From Chloroflexota bacterium (lineage in GTDB: Bacteria; Chloroflexota; Dehalococcoidia; JACPQF01): 62,537 bases of DNA. Position 1 is the stretch's first letter; every line of letters begins with the position of its first letter. Below the pieces are notes generated by a model. It had not been told where the DNA came from. It did no database searches and worked only from the letters and a program-made list of their open reading frames with translations. Shown one piece after another: positions 25,401 through 34,234 of this stretch. The DNA lies in NCBI GenBank assembly GCA_016190625.1, contig JACPQF010000075.1:1-62537 (forward strand). Direction: 5' to 3'. Both the position numbers and the translations under genes were made by a program.

Positions 25401-26241
25401 TCAGAAACATGCAGAGATACAAGTGATTGATGGCCTGGACCTCGTGGGCTACAGCTTGAGCAGACCGGAGATGAGGCCCGGGGAGTCCTTGACCGCGGAT
25501 TTGATTTGGCGGGCTACGAAGGCCATAGCCGCCGATCTGGTAGCAAGCGTCGAGCTAGTGGATCCCGCTGGGAACACGCTGGCAAGCGATAAGCGAAGAC
25601 CGGCTGGGAACGCCTACCCGACCACAGCCTGGCGCCCGGGTGAGTTTCTTCGTGGAAAACACACCTTCACGCTGCCGCCCGGCGCTCCCGAGGGCGAAGC
25701 CGGCCTGCGAGTCACTCTGAACAACGCCGGCGGGGGCGAACCGCTGGGCCACGTCGGCATAGGGAAAGTTCGTATACTGCCGCGCACCAGGATATTCAGC
25801 GCCACGCCCAGCCGCCCGCTGGGAGTCGATTTCGAGGACAGGGCGCGCCTCTTAGGATATGACCTGGCCGGCGACGCGGGGCTCGGCGGCGGTGAGACGC
25901 CCAGGTTAGCTCCTTCCAGCCTTCTCACCGTAACGCTGTACTGGCAAGACATTCGAGAGATGCAAACCGGCTACACAGTATTCGTTCAAGTCCTAAACAG
26001 CGCGGGCAGGCTGGTGGCGCAAAACGATTCGCCGCCGAAAGGCGGAGAAGCGCCCACGACGGCCTGGGTCCGTGGAGAGGTGGTCATCGACGACCACCAC
26101 ATTGCCATCCCGGCGGAGCTGCCGGATGGCATATATACGATCATAGCTGGTCTCTACGACGCGACCACGGGAAAACGACTCTCGCTAGAAGGAGGCGACT
26201 ACATTGCGCTCACACGCTTACTCGTCTCCTCCCGAGGATAG
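22444..26241 (+). CDS. very large polytopic membrane protein, PTPS-related/YfhO-like (GT-C-like) N-domain plus four C-terminal repeat modules
   Basis: The segment SSDGLFHLYRLMEYDLLLKSGVWLPRWAPDFNFGSGMPLFNFYAPLTYY is typical of the 6-pyruvoyl-tetrahydropterin-synthase-related membrane family. The start is moved to ATG 22444 because the promoter overlaps the track start. Confidence 0.85.
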   Translation: MDRKHSKFCAVVVALSAAFSFMPLLQPYFFASSDGLFHLYRLMEYDLLLKSGVWLPRWAPDFNFGSGMPLFNFYAPLTYYLAEIFRLFGAGYVDSLRLFVAAMMVLSGLGAFLYSRTLFSPLTSSLVAVVYMYAPYHLVNLYYRGDVAEYAAFTWFPFILWTTTKLIRRQSYAYLLVGAIFYGMLILTHNLSAFIFSGFLAIYAIGTLVEKHLAGGLHWRALQNDALRLLAMVASALTLTAFFWLPAAVEKSQLSFERLLAAFDFREHFPTMGELVSTDLIHRYGVVFRSAEVYGYRLGLLQTAFLVAGLILLIWQRRRLGLGTKAQAIVSLAVTAVSLFFIFPVSQGIWETIPMLDLTQFSWRFLAFIALPSAFLAGLLIELLSDRLRTLAVLVIAPAVVASSVAAMFPIMSHISEAQVTPQGSMVFEMMTGAVGTTAAAEYLPRWVKEIAPNSPYALASALDESTAGSSRRSSSGVAAVQTERTGDRIGYRVNATSPGAFISDIVYFPGWIARIDGRQVISFIDEPSGLIKLEVPAGEHVVGLEFQSTPLRSLADAVSLATLVALAIPAIWRRRRSLASGSPAIRLSRLAAGSDSEAKAGGQGRDGMMRIAGVRITREHLAKALILVALASVWLVAKSSYDSTYAAAPSFGSPLVANLDGQVMIDGYALSGQDGKLDPATQIAPGSTLKTTVFWHKLDGGRGNDYRPFVRLTNRFDRTWAFAAAFDERPDAGPGRPDIMATTFEMAVPAGVPPGIYEIEVAFESAATNKLLEVKRVWVVPVLPAHSGVRIGPVVVGRDKSHLAGEVPPAAIQGKPYLASPVSFGDDLRLLDLSVVSGEATKSGKPGVALSREAGSDSWQLRAGEAVHIDLLWHTLRKLSSNLTVTARLVGADRSFWAIRDSQPADGTYPTTYWASGERVRDQLDILVPPETPPGQYELQLEVVSPTGPLSIIGNNRAPIGPTLRIGSLSLLPAAVPARLKDLKVQKHAEIQVIDGLDLVGYSLSRPEMRPGESLTADLIWRATKAIAADLVASVELVDPAGNTLASDKRRPAGNAYPTTAWRPGEFLRGKHTFTLPPGAPEGEAGLRVTLNNAGGGEPLGHVGIGKVRILPRTRIFSATPSRPLGVDFEDRARLLGYDLAGDAGLGGGETPRLAPSSLLTVTLYWQDIREMQTGYTVFVQVLNSAGRLVAQNDSPPKGGEAPTTAWVRGEVVIDDHHIAIPAELPDGIYTIIAGLYDATTGKRLSLEGGDYIALTRLLVSSRG

Positions 26242-26242
26242 C

Positions 26243-26353
26243 GACCGGCGCCGCCGGGAACGGATCCTCAGAAGCCGGCACACCAGGCTGCTGCTCGTGC
26301 TGCTGGCGATCGCGGTTGCCGTGTTTTTCCGCACCTATCATCTCCACTCGTAG
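26243..26353 (+). pseudogene. N-terminal remnant resembling the first TM helix of GT39/ArnT-like glycosyltransferases
   Basis: Translated by me: DRRRRERILRSRHTRLLLVLLAIAVAVFFRTYHLHS*. It stops where the family normally continues with the PPG..DE loop. Confidence 0.3.
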
Positions 26354-26406
26354 CGTTGTCTATCCTCTCCGTAGGCGTGTAGCTGTGCCACCCACCAGAA
26401 AGTTTG

Positions 26407-27663
26407 TCACGCTCCCGCCCTCTCGATCTGGCCCCTCTCCACCTTGAAAATCGCCGCGTCGGCGAAAAAGTCCGAGCGGTAGCGGTCCAGATCGGTGGTG
26501 GTGATGAGAACTTGCTCATTCTGCCTCAAGCCTTCGAGAAGATGCCCCCGCCTTTCGCCGTCCAGCTCTGACATCATGTCGTCCAGCAGCAGAATTGGCT
26601 GTTCGCCCGTTTCGGCGAGCATTAACTTGGCTTCGGAGAGCTTTAGGGACAGGGCAGCCGTGCGCTGTTGTCCTCGCGAGCCGTAGACGTTCAGGTCTAC
26701 ACCGTCGGCTCTGAGCTGCAAGTCGTCTCGGTGGGGTCCTACTACCGACATCCCAAGCAGGACCTCTTTTTCTACCACCTGTCCGAGCCTAGCGCGAAAC
26801 GCGTCCTTGATTCCCGTGAGATCAAGCGAAGTTGCTGGGGCGTCTGGGAGGATTCTTGGAGAGTCGACAGACGACCCCCCGACGACGAGGGCCACGTCAT
26901 TCTCCTCCCTTGAGCCATTCACCATGAGGCTGGACAAATAGGAGACCTTCAAGTGCTCCTGTCGTCCCGTCAATCGAGGGTGCAGACCCTGGGCCAGGTC
27001 GCTCAGCTCTTCCACCGTTTGCTGGCGGCGGGCCATGATGTAGGCGCCCGAATCGACCAACTGCTGGTTCCAGAACTCCAGTTGGTCAGGCCTGGCCTGA
27101 TGGTCCCGAATCTGCCTGAGCAGATGGTTGCGCTGCACGAGGACGCGAGCGTAGACCTGCAGAGACCTCAGGTAGTGAGAGTCGACCTGCGAGTTCATGA
27201 TGTCGAGGTACCGGCGGCGCAAGTGGGGAGGGCCGCTGATCAGCTCGATGTCCTGCGGGCTGAACATGACGACGTTCACCTGTCCCACCAGGTCCGTGGC
27301 CCGCTTTGGCAGGCCATTCAGGCGGATGCGTTTGGACATGGCGAGCGGCGTCCCATTTCCCGACCCGTCCTCGTCCGCCCGGGGCAGCAAAGTGATATCT
27401 ACTTCGAGAGACGACCTTGCCCGGTGAACCTTGCCGGTTACTTTGGCGAATGGCATATCATCTTCTTGGGCCAGCCAGTTTACCAGCTCTCTGTCCGCCG
27501 AGGCGCGTGGCGAGCGGGTGGTGCCTAAGTAGAAAACCGCTTCCAGCAGGTTTGTCTTGCCCTGAGCATTGTCGCCGTGAAAAACGACGAAACACGCCGG
27601 TAAATCAAGCTCGAGACGAACATAATTGCGAAAGTTTGTTAGACTCAGGTGAGCAACATGCAT
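26407..27663 (-). CDS. recF: DNA replication/repair protein RecF
   Basis: LSLTNFRNY, Walker A GDNAQGKTNLLEA, signature SRGQQRTAALSLKL and Walker B ILLLDD. Confidence 0.95.
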   Translation of the reverse strand: MHVAHLSLTNFRNYVRLELDLPACFVVFHGDNAQGKTNLLEAVFYLGTTRSPRASADRELVNWLAQEDDMPFAKVTGKVHRARSSLEVDITLLPRADEDGSGNGTPLAMSKRIRLNGLPKRATDLVGQVNVVMFSPQDIELISGPPHLRRRYLDIMNSQVDSHYLRSLQVYARVLVQRNHLLRQIRDHQARPDQLEFWNQQLVDSGAYIMARRQQTVEELSDLAQGLHPRLTGRQEHLKVSYLSSLMVNGSREENDVALVVGGSSVDSPRILPDAPATSLDLTGIKDAFRARLGQVVEKEVLLGMSVVGPHRDDLQLRADGVDLNVYGSRGQQRTAALSLKLSEAKLMLAETGEQPILLLDDMMSELDGERRGHLLEGLRQNEQVLITTTDLDRYRSDFFADAAIFKVERGQIERAGA

Positions 27664-27822
27664 TACTATCCTTGCTCGTGCTAGTACGGATGCCGTGCGA
27701 ATGAATTATACCATACCGGACAATACCTCATCGGTCTCGATCTTGCTCCAATGCAAATCAGAGATCCTTCATATTTTGAGGAATAATGTCTTGCAATCTG
27801 CGAAGCAGAGCGCCGTCTCGCC

Positions 27823-28077
27823 ATGATCCGTCAACTGCCGGTCATCTGGCTAGATCGCGTCGATGAACCCGTACTGACCGCCGCGGGCCGATTCAAGGCG
27901 CAGCATCGGCTGTCCTTCGCCGATGCCATCATCGCCGCCTTCGCTCATGTCGCCGGAGCGATTCTAGTCCACAAGGATCCGGAATATTTGCTGCTAAAAT
28001 CCATCGTCGTTCAAGAGCAATTGCCTTTGAAGGACTCGTCCTCGCAGGCTGGGTTTTCGTCGCATACTGGAAGTTAG
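27823..28077 (+). pseudogene. PIN-domain (VapC-like) C-terminal fragment
   Basis: LSFADAIIAAFAHVAGAILVHKDPEY matches the distal acidic-residue region of VapC. The N-terminal half and the antitoxin are absent. Confidence 0.5.
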
Positions 28078-28303
28078 TCTAAGGTTAAGGCGACTCACTC
28101 ATCAGCGATTTTTCTTTTCCCCTGGTCTCTGCTGGCGACTATAGCGCCACCTGAAGTCCCGAACCGCCAGCACCGTGGCCAGATCGCCACCGCGGCGAGC
28201 ACGAGGAATGACCCTCCGTTCCAACCACCCTGAAAACCGTAGGTTTTCCGGAGGTACTCGACCTCGATGACCCGCATCATCGCCCCCCGCTGCGAACAAT
28301 TCG

Positions 28304-29746
28304 CTAATCGGGAACCGGTTTCACTGCTCGCCGCCGCTCTTCACGCGCTGCAACATGGCGCTGGCGGGCAGTGTCCGGAATCAGGAAGACCACCGGCACG
28401 GCAAGAATCGAGACCAGCCCAAAAGCAAAGAATACCCCCTGCACGCCCATCGCCTGCTGCTGTTGCTCGAATTGGCTAGCTACCAGGATTACGATTGCCG
28501 TTCCGAACACGCCGCCCGTCGACCGGAACATGCCACGCAAGCCCACCATGGCCGCCACTTTTCCCGGCATCAGGTCTAGGCACGCGTTGTTGGAGGCCGG
28601 CGCCGCTATCCCTTGGCCCGCACCTGCGAGCAGGACTATGAGCGACAAGAGCACGAAATTCGGCACCTGCAGGCCCAGCAGAGACACGTCATGGAAGCCC
28701 TGACTAACCAGAAACAAACTCGGCGCGTTGAGCACCAGGCCCAGCACCATGGGTAGACGAAAGCCCCAGCGAATCACAAAGATGCTGCTCAACGCCGAAG
28801 CGGTCGCCATGGCCACCGAACGCGGCGCCAAAATCGAACCGCTTTCCGCCGCGCTCATCCCATAGGCCACGGTCGCATAATAAGGCACGAACGACGAAAA
28901 ACCGAACAGGACCAGCCCAAAGAGAAAATTGTAGATATTGCTAGCCGCGAGCGGGCGGCTGGTGAGCAACTCCAGCTCGATGACCGGCGAAGGGGTACGG
29001 CCCTCGTGCCAGAGGAATACTACCATGGCGACCATTCCCACGACGATAAGCATCAAGACCAGCGGGTGTCGGATAGACTGCGCGTCGTTGGCCCAGGCGG
29101 TCATCGCCAGCAAGATGGCGACCATCGAGCCGGTGAAAAGTCCACCGCCGATAGCGTCGACCCGCTTTCTCTGGCTCAGCAGCTTAGTCTGGGGGATAAG
29201 CGCTAGAGCGGCCAGGAATATGGCCACGGAGATCGGCACGCAACCATAGAACAACCAGCGCCAGGAGAAGTGGTCGATGACGAATCCCCCAATAGTGGGT
29301 CCGACCACGCCGCCGACGGGATAGATGCTAGAGAAGAGGCCGATGGCGGTGGCGCGCCGTTCGCCGAAAGAATCGCTTACTATGCTCGTTGCCGACGGCA
29401 ACTGGGCGCCAGAAGCGACCGCCTGCAGTATGCGGGCGAAGATGAGCACGTAAACGTTTGGAGCAAAGCCAGCCATGAAGGTGCCGACCGCAAAGCCGAC
29501 CATTGAGACGAAAAGCACCCGGCGGGCGCCCCATTCGTCGCTTATCTTGCCTGCCAATGCCATCGCGATGCCCTGAGCGAGCATGAATCCAGTCAGAGTC
29601 CAACCCACCCAGGCGAGGCTAGTATTCAAATCGTCCAGCATCCTCGGTAGGGCAACCGCAACTATGGTCCCATTGATCGAGGTAATCAGAAAGGCGGCGG
29701 ATACGATGCCAAAGACGATGTACGAACGGCGATTGGGCAGAGTCAT
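28304..29746 (-). CDS. MFS transporter, DHA2/EmrB-like (14 TM), paralog 1
   Basis: MTLPNRRSYIVFGI..., LAGKISDEWGARRV and FARILQAVASGAQLP motifs, with about 14 hydrophobic segments. Confidence 0.9.
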   Translation of the reverse strand: MTLPNRRSYIVFGIVSAAFLITSINGTIVAVALPRMLDDLNTSLAWVGWTLTGFMLAQGIAMALAGKISDEWGARRVLFVSMVGFAVGTFMAGFAPNVYVLIFARILQAVASGAQLPSATSIVSDSFGERRATAIGLFSSIYPVGGVVGPTIGGFVIDHFSWRWLFYGCVPISVAIFLAALALIPQTKLLSQRKRVDAIGGGLFTGSMVAILLAMTAWANDAQSIRHPLVLMLIVVGMVAMVVFLWHEGRTPSPVIELELLTSRPLAASNIYNFLFGLVLFGFSSFVPYYATVAYGMSAAESGSILAPRSVAMATASALSSIFVIRWGFRLPMVLGLVLNAPSLFLVSQGFHDVSLLGLQVPNFVLLSLIVLLAGAGQGIAAPASNNACLDLMPGKVAAMVGLRGMFRSTGGVFGTAIVILVASQFEQQQQAMGVQGVFFAFGLVSILAVPVVFLIPDTARQRHVAAREERRRAVKPVPD

Positions 29747-29804
29747 CTATCGCTCACAGACAGTCGTGTGGTCGGTCAAGGGCATGTTGTCCTATCGGAT
29801 GACG

Positions 29805-29842
29805 GCAGTATAGCCTGCTCTTACGGTTACGTCAAGGTTAGA
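29805..29842 (-). promoter_or_regulatory. conserved 38-nt promoter/operator block, copy A (TTGACG-17-TATACT)
   Basis: -35 at 29830-29835 and -10 at 29807-29812 (minus strand). 37 of 38 positions are identical in all three copies (copy B has C for T at one site). Confidence 0.7.
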
Positions 29843-29999
29843 GACAAGAACATCAACGGTCAGGCTGACTGGCGTCTCATTGGTGTTTCCAGACAGAGCC
29901 CATGTCATGATGTACCCAATCTATGAATGGCCTCCGTCCCCGGTAGACTGATCGGCTGGCTATTCCACGTAATCTGACATGGACGCCAATGGCTGATCC

Positions 30000-31436
30000 C
30001 TAATCGCGGGCCGGCGGCCCCGCCGCTCGCCGGCGCTCCCTCCGCGCCGCCACGTAGCGCTCGTGAGCAGAATCTGGAATGAGTAAAGCCAACGGCACGG
30101 CGAGCAAGCCAAGCAAGGCAAGTGCCAAGATTATCGTTTGCATGCCAGATGCCTGCTGTTCCCCAAATCGACTGGCTGCCAGTACAATCGCGGCTGTTCC
30201 GAGCAGGGCGCCCGTAGTCCGGAACGTGCCACGCAGCCCCACCGCAGCCGCTAGCTTTCCCGGCACCAGGTCCAGCGACGCGTTGTTAGAAGGTGGCGCC
30301 TGAATTCCATGTCCAAATCCTGCCATCATAACCATGGACGATAAGAGCACGAGGTTTGGCACTTGCAAGCCTAATAGCGATAGGTCGTGAAAACCCCGAC
30401 TGACCATGAGCATGCTCACCGAGTTGAGGACAAAGCCTAAAACCATCGGCATTCGATAGCCCCAACGCATCAGAAAGACGCTGCTAACGATCGAGGCAAT
30501 GGCCATGGCCGCGGAACGTGGCGCCAGGACCGCGCCGCTCTCGCCGGCGCTCATCCCGTAGACAACCGCCGCATAATAGGGAATAAAGGAAGAGACAGTA
30601 GACAGCACCAACCCGTATAGGAAATTGTAGAGGTTGGCCGCCACAAGTGAGCGACTGGTAAGCAGCTCAAGCTCGATCACCGGCGACGGAGTTCGCCCCT
30701 CATGCCAGAGAAATATGCCCAAAGCCACCGCGCCGGCGACGACGAGCAGCCAGGTGAGCGGATTTTCAATAGATTGCACGTCGTTTCCCCACGCCGTCAT
30801 CGCCGACAATATGGCCACCATGGAGCCGGAGAACAAGCCAACGCCGATCAAGTCAAGCCCCTTGCCTTGGCTGAGGGATTTGCTCGGCGGAATGAATGCC
30901 AAGCCCACGAGGTATAACGCCGCTCCGATAGGTGCGCTACCGTAGAACATCCACCGCCAGGAGAAGTGGTCGATAACGACTCCTCCGACGGTGGGGCCGA
31001 GTACACCACCCAAGGGAAAAATGCTGGTGAAGAGGCCAATGGCGGTCGCTCGCCGTTCGCCAAAGGCGTCGCTCACTATGCTCGTGGCCGATGGCAACTG
31101 GGCGCCTGCAGCGACTGCCTGCAAAATGCGCGCAAAGATGAGCACGTAGACATTCGGGGCAAATCCGGCGAGAATCGTGCTCGCGGTGAACACGATCATG
31201 GATACCGAGAATACCCGGCGGGCGCCCCAATCATCGCTCAGCTTTCCAGCCAGTGGCATGACAATACTTTGGCCCAGTTGGTAGCCCGTGAGGGTCCAGC
31301 CAACCCAGGTTAGACTAGTATCCAAATCCGCCAGCATCTTCGGAAGGGCAACCGCCACAATGGTGGCACTAACGGAAGTGATTGTCAAGCCAGCAGATAC
31401 GATGCCGAAAACAATATAAGAGCGCAGAGACGTCAT
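30000..31436 (-). CDS. MFS transporter, DHA2-like, paralog 2
   Basis: Homologous along its full length to paralogs 1 and 3. Start taken at MTSLRSY, 22 nt after the paralog 3 stop. The track start at 31556 is over-extended. Confidence 0.9.
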   Translation of the reverse strand: MTSLRSYIVFGIVSAGLTITSVSATIVAVALPKMLADLDTSLTWVGWTLTGYQLGQSIVMPLAGKLSDDWGARRVFSVSMIVFTASTILAGFAPNVYVLIFARILQAVAAGAQLPSATSIVSDAFGERRATAIGLFTSIFPLGGVLGPTVGGVVIDHFSWRWMFYGSAPIGAALYLVGLAFIPPSKSLSQGKGLDLIGVGLFSGSMVAILSAMTAWGNDVQSIENPLTWLLVVAGAVALGIFLWHEGRTPSPVIELELLTSRSLVAANLYNFLYGLVLSTVSSFIPYYAAVVYGMSAGESGAVLAPRSAAMAIASIVSSVFLMRWGYRMPMVLGFVLNSVSMLMVSRGFHDLSLLGLQVPNLVLLSSMVMMAGFGHGIQAPPSNNASLDLVPGKLAAAVGLRGTFRTTGALLGTAAIVLAASRFGEQQASGMQTIILALALLGLLAVPLALLIPDSAHERYVAARRERRRAAGPPARD

Positions 31437-31458
31437 CCTGCCTTCCGTCCGCCGATAG

Positions 31459-32895
31459 CTAATGGACAACCGGTGTCGCCCCACGCCGCCGCTCCCGCGT
31501 CGCGACAAAGCGCTGGCGGGCGGTGTCCGGGATCGCGAAAACGGCAGGCACGGCAACCAGGCCGATTAGGCCAAGAGCCAAGAATACCGTTTGCATGCCC
31601 TCTGCTTTCTGCGGCCCGAACTGGCTGACCACCAGAATAGTGGCCGCCATGCCGAACACGCCGCCTGTCGCCCGAAACATGCCCCGCAGTCCCACGGCCG
31701 CCGCGATCTGCCCCGGCACCAGGTCGAGAGAGGCGTTATTGGCCGGCGGCCCACACACTCCCTGTCCGAGGCCGGCCAGCATCACTATGGACGATAGCAG
31801 CACAACGTTGGGCACTTGCAGGCCCAACAAGGACAGATCGTGAAAGCCCTGGCTGACCAGGAACAAGCTCACCGAGTTGAGGACCAGGCCCAAGATCATG
31901 GGCATGCGATAGCCCCAGCGAATGAGAAGAACACTACTCACCGTCGAGGCGATGACCATTGCCGCCGACCGCGGCGCTAGCACTGCCCCGCCTTCCCCTG
32001 CGCTCATTCCGTAGGCAACCGTAGCATAATAGGGAACAAAAGAAGACAGGGTGAAAATCGAGACCCCGAAGAGGAAATTGTAGAAGTTGCTAGCCAGGAG
32101 AGGGCGATCGGTAAGCAACTTGAGCTCGATTACCGGCGCCGGACTGCGCTTTTCGTGTCGAAGGAACACCACCAAAGCGATCACTCCCGCGATGACGAGG
32201 AGCCACGTGAGAGGGTTTCGCATGGACTGAGCGTCATCGCCCCAGGCCGTCATTGCCGACAAGATGGCAACCATCGAGCCGGCGAACAGTCCGGCGCCGA
32301 CGACGTCCACCGGCTTTCCTCCTTCCAGGCGTTCACTCCGGGGAATGAGGGCCAATCCCGCGAGGAGAGTCAGAGCCGAGACTGGAACGCCCCCGTAAAA
32401 CATCCACCGCCAGGAGAAATGGTCGATGACAAACCCGCCGATGTTGGGGCCGATCACGCCACCCAGAGGATAGATGGCGGTGAACAGGCCAATGGCCGTG
32501 GCCCTTCGCTCGCCAAACCCATCGCTCGCTATGCTGGTAGCTGCCGGCAGCAGGGCACCCCCCGCAATTGACTGCAGCACGCGGGCAAAGATGAGGACGA
32601 ATATGTTGGGAGCAAACCCACAAAGAAAGGAACCGACCGTGAACAAGGCCGTTGCCCAAAGGAACACCCGCCGTGCTCCCCAATCGTCGCTCAGCTTGCC
32701 AGCCAGTGGCATGGAGACGCTCTGGGCCAACTGATAACCGGTCAGGGTCCAGCCGGCCCAGGCGAGGTTGGTTTCGAGATCTTCCATCATTTTCGGCAGG
32801 GCAACCGCCACCATGGTGTTGCTAATGGAACTGGTGAGAAAGCCAACGGATATGATGCCGAAGACAATGTAGGAGCGCCGGTTGGGCAATGTCAT
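31459..32895 (-). CDS. MFS transporter, DHA2-like, paralog 3
   Basis: The N-terminus MTLPNRRSYIVFGI is identical to paralog 1, with the same motif set. Confidence 0.9.
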   Translation of the reverse strand: MTLPNRRSYIVFGIISVGFLTSSISNTMVAVALPKMMEDLETNLAWAGWTLTGYQLAQSVSMPLAGKLSDDWGARRVFLWATALFTVGSFLCGFAPNIFVLIFARVLQSIAGGALLPAATSIASDGFGERRATAIGLFTAIYPLGGVIGPNIGGFVIDHFSWRWMFYGGVPVSALTLLAGLALIPRSERLEGGKPVDVVGAGLFAGSMVAILSAMTAWGDDAQSMRNPLTWLLVIAGVIALVVFLRHEKRSPAPVIELKLLTDRPLLASNFYNFLFGVSIFTLSSFVPYYATVAYGMSAGEGGAVLAPRSAAMVIASTVSSVLLIRWGYRMPMILGLVLNSVSLFLVSQGFHDLSLLGLQVPNVVLLSSIVMLAGLGQGVCGPPANNASLDLVPGQIAAAVGLRGMFRATGGVFGMAATILVVSQFGPQKAEGMQTVFLALGLIGLVAVPAVFAIPDTARQRFVATRERRRGATPVVH

Positions 32896-32954
32896 CTTTC
32901 GATCACAGTTGGTCGACCTCGAAGAGCCAAGGAATGTCGTTCCAAGGAATGACA

Positions 32955-32992
32955 GCAGTATAGCCCGCTCTTACGGTTACGTCAAGGTTAGA
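32955..32992 (-). promoter_or_regulatory. conserved 38-nt promoter/operator block, copy B
   Basis: -35 at 32980-32985 and -10 at 32957-32962 (minus strand). Confidence 0.7.
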
Positions 32993-33078
32993 GCCAGAAT
33001 TATCCTGCTTGACTGGTTGACGACCACCTGAACACCGTGATAAACTGGCGCAGGATTGGTTGCGCTAAGGAGGAAGGA

Positions 33079-33627
33079 ATGGCCCGCATACCCGAGGTTC
33101 TCTTCAAGTCAGCGCTCCCCAAAGATAAGCAGCACATCTTCGATTCCATCGCCGAGAGCAGGGGAAGGGTAGCCGGCCCTTTCTCCTTTCTGCTACAAAG
33201 CCCGGAAGTGGCAGGCCGGGTGGCCCACCTTGGCGCCTACATCCGCTTCGAATCCGGCCTGTCTGGGGCGGAAAAGGAGCTGGCGATTATCACTGCGGCT
33301 AGAGAGAACGATTGCGGATATGAGTGGGCAGCCCACGTCAAGCTGGCCCGCAAGGCTGGCGTGCGCGATGAGGCCATTGACGCCGTAGGCCGTCGTGCTC
33401 CCCTCGATTCGCTCACCGAAGCAGAAACGGCCATCGTGGAGTATGGGCGCGAGCTACTGCGCGATCATCGCGTGTCCGACCAAACCTTCGAGGCGGCCAG
33501 ATCCCGCTTCGGCGATTCCGGCCTCATTGAGTTGACGACCACTTTTGGCTACTACGCCATGTTGGCTTGCGTGCTCAATGCTTGCGGTGCCGAGCCACCT
33601 CCCGGCTCCGAACGCCTGCCCGTGTAG
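33079..33627 (+). CDS. carboxymuconolactone decarboxylase (AhpD-like) family protein
   Basis: ELAIITAARENDCGYEWAAH core. RBS AAGGAGGAAGG. Confidence 0.8.
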   Translation: MARIPEVLFKSALPKDKQHIFDSIAESRGRVAGPFSFLLQSPEVAGRVAHLGAYIRFESGLSGAEKELAIITAARENDCGYEWAAHVKLARKAGVRDEAIDAVGRRAPLDSLTEAETAIVEYGRELLRDHRVSDQTFEAARSRFGDSGLIELTTTFGYYAMLACVLNACGAEPPPGSERLPV

Positions 33628-33694
33628 GAGTCGGGAGACAGGGGTCAAGCCATCGTCCCCGGAATCCTGCCTCCCTTTCCCCTGCCCCCACAAC

Positions 33695-33967
33695 CTAACC
33701 GCCCTGAAGCGCCGGCAGGAACTCGATCTCCGACTCGTCCCCCACGGGCTGGAGTAGGCGTAGGTCTGTCACGACGCCGTCGACGGCCACGCCGAGATAA
33801 GGGTTGATCTGGTCGCCCTGGCACAGGCGACCACGAAACCCTGGATAGGTCGACTCTAAAGCCCTCAGCACCTGGTCGACCGTCGCTCCCGGAGCCGCCA
33901 CTCGTGCCTTGCCGCCGGTCAGGTCCCGCATAAGCGGAGGAACCAGCACACTGGCCAAGACTTGCAT
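33695..33967 (-). CDS. MoaD/ThiS-family ubiquitin-like sulfur-carrier protein
   Basis: 90 aa ending in ...EIEFLPALQGG (C-terminal Gly-Gly). Start taken at MQVLAS. Confidence 0.75.
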   Translation of the reverse strand: MQVLASVLVPPLMRDLTGGKARVAAPGATVDQVLRALESTYPGFRGRLCQGDQINPYLGVAVDGVVTDLRLLQPVGDESEIEFLPALQGG

Positions 33968-34234
33968 CCACCCCCTTCTGTGTCGAGATTCTCGAGCCGA
34001 GGTCGCCTCCCTCACGCCGGAGTCATGGCAGGCCGTTGCAGCTATGGTATACTTAGGGCGACGAGAAGCCCAGGATCGAGGGAGTTGCGGCGTCCATTCT
34101 AGCATCCGTCGCTCGTGTCGTCAACGTCCGTAGCGATGAGGGGTTGAATGGGAGGAAAGACATATCCGTGCAATCTCTACAGAAATCCGTTGACAGCCGC
34201 GTCCCCACGCTCGTCCAAGAAGAGGGGACATGCA

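Noticed and set aside
28095-28280. A 61-aa minus-strand ORF starting MMRVIEVEYLRKTYG, resembling an ABC transporter ATPase N-terminus.
   Set aside because: Only about 14 residues resemble the family and no Walker A follows. It has no RBS and sits in the 3' region of an MFS gene. It is at most a remnant and was not called as a gene.
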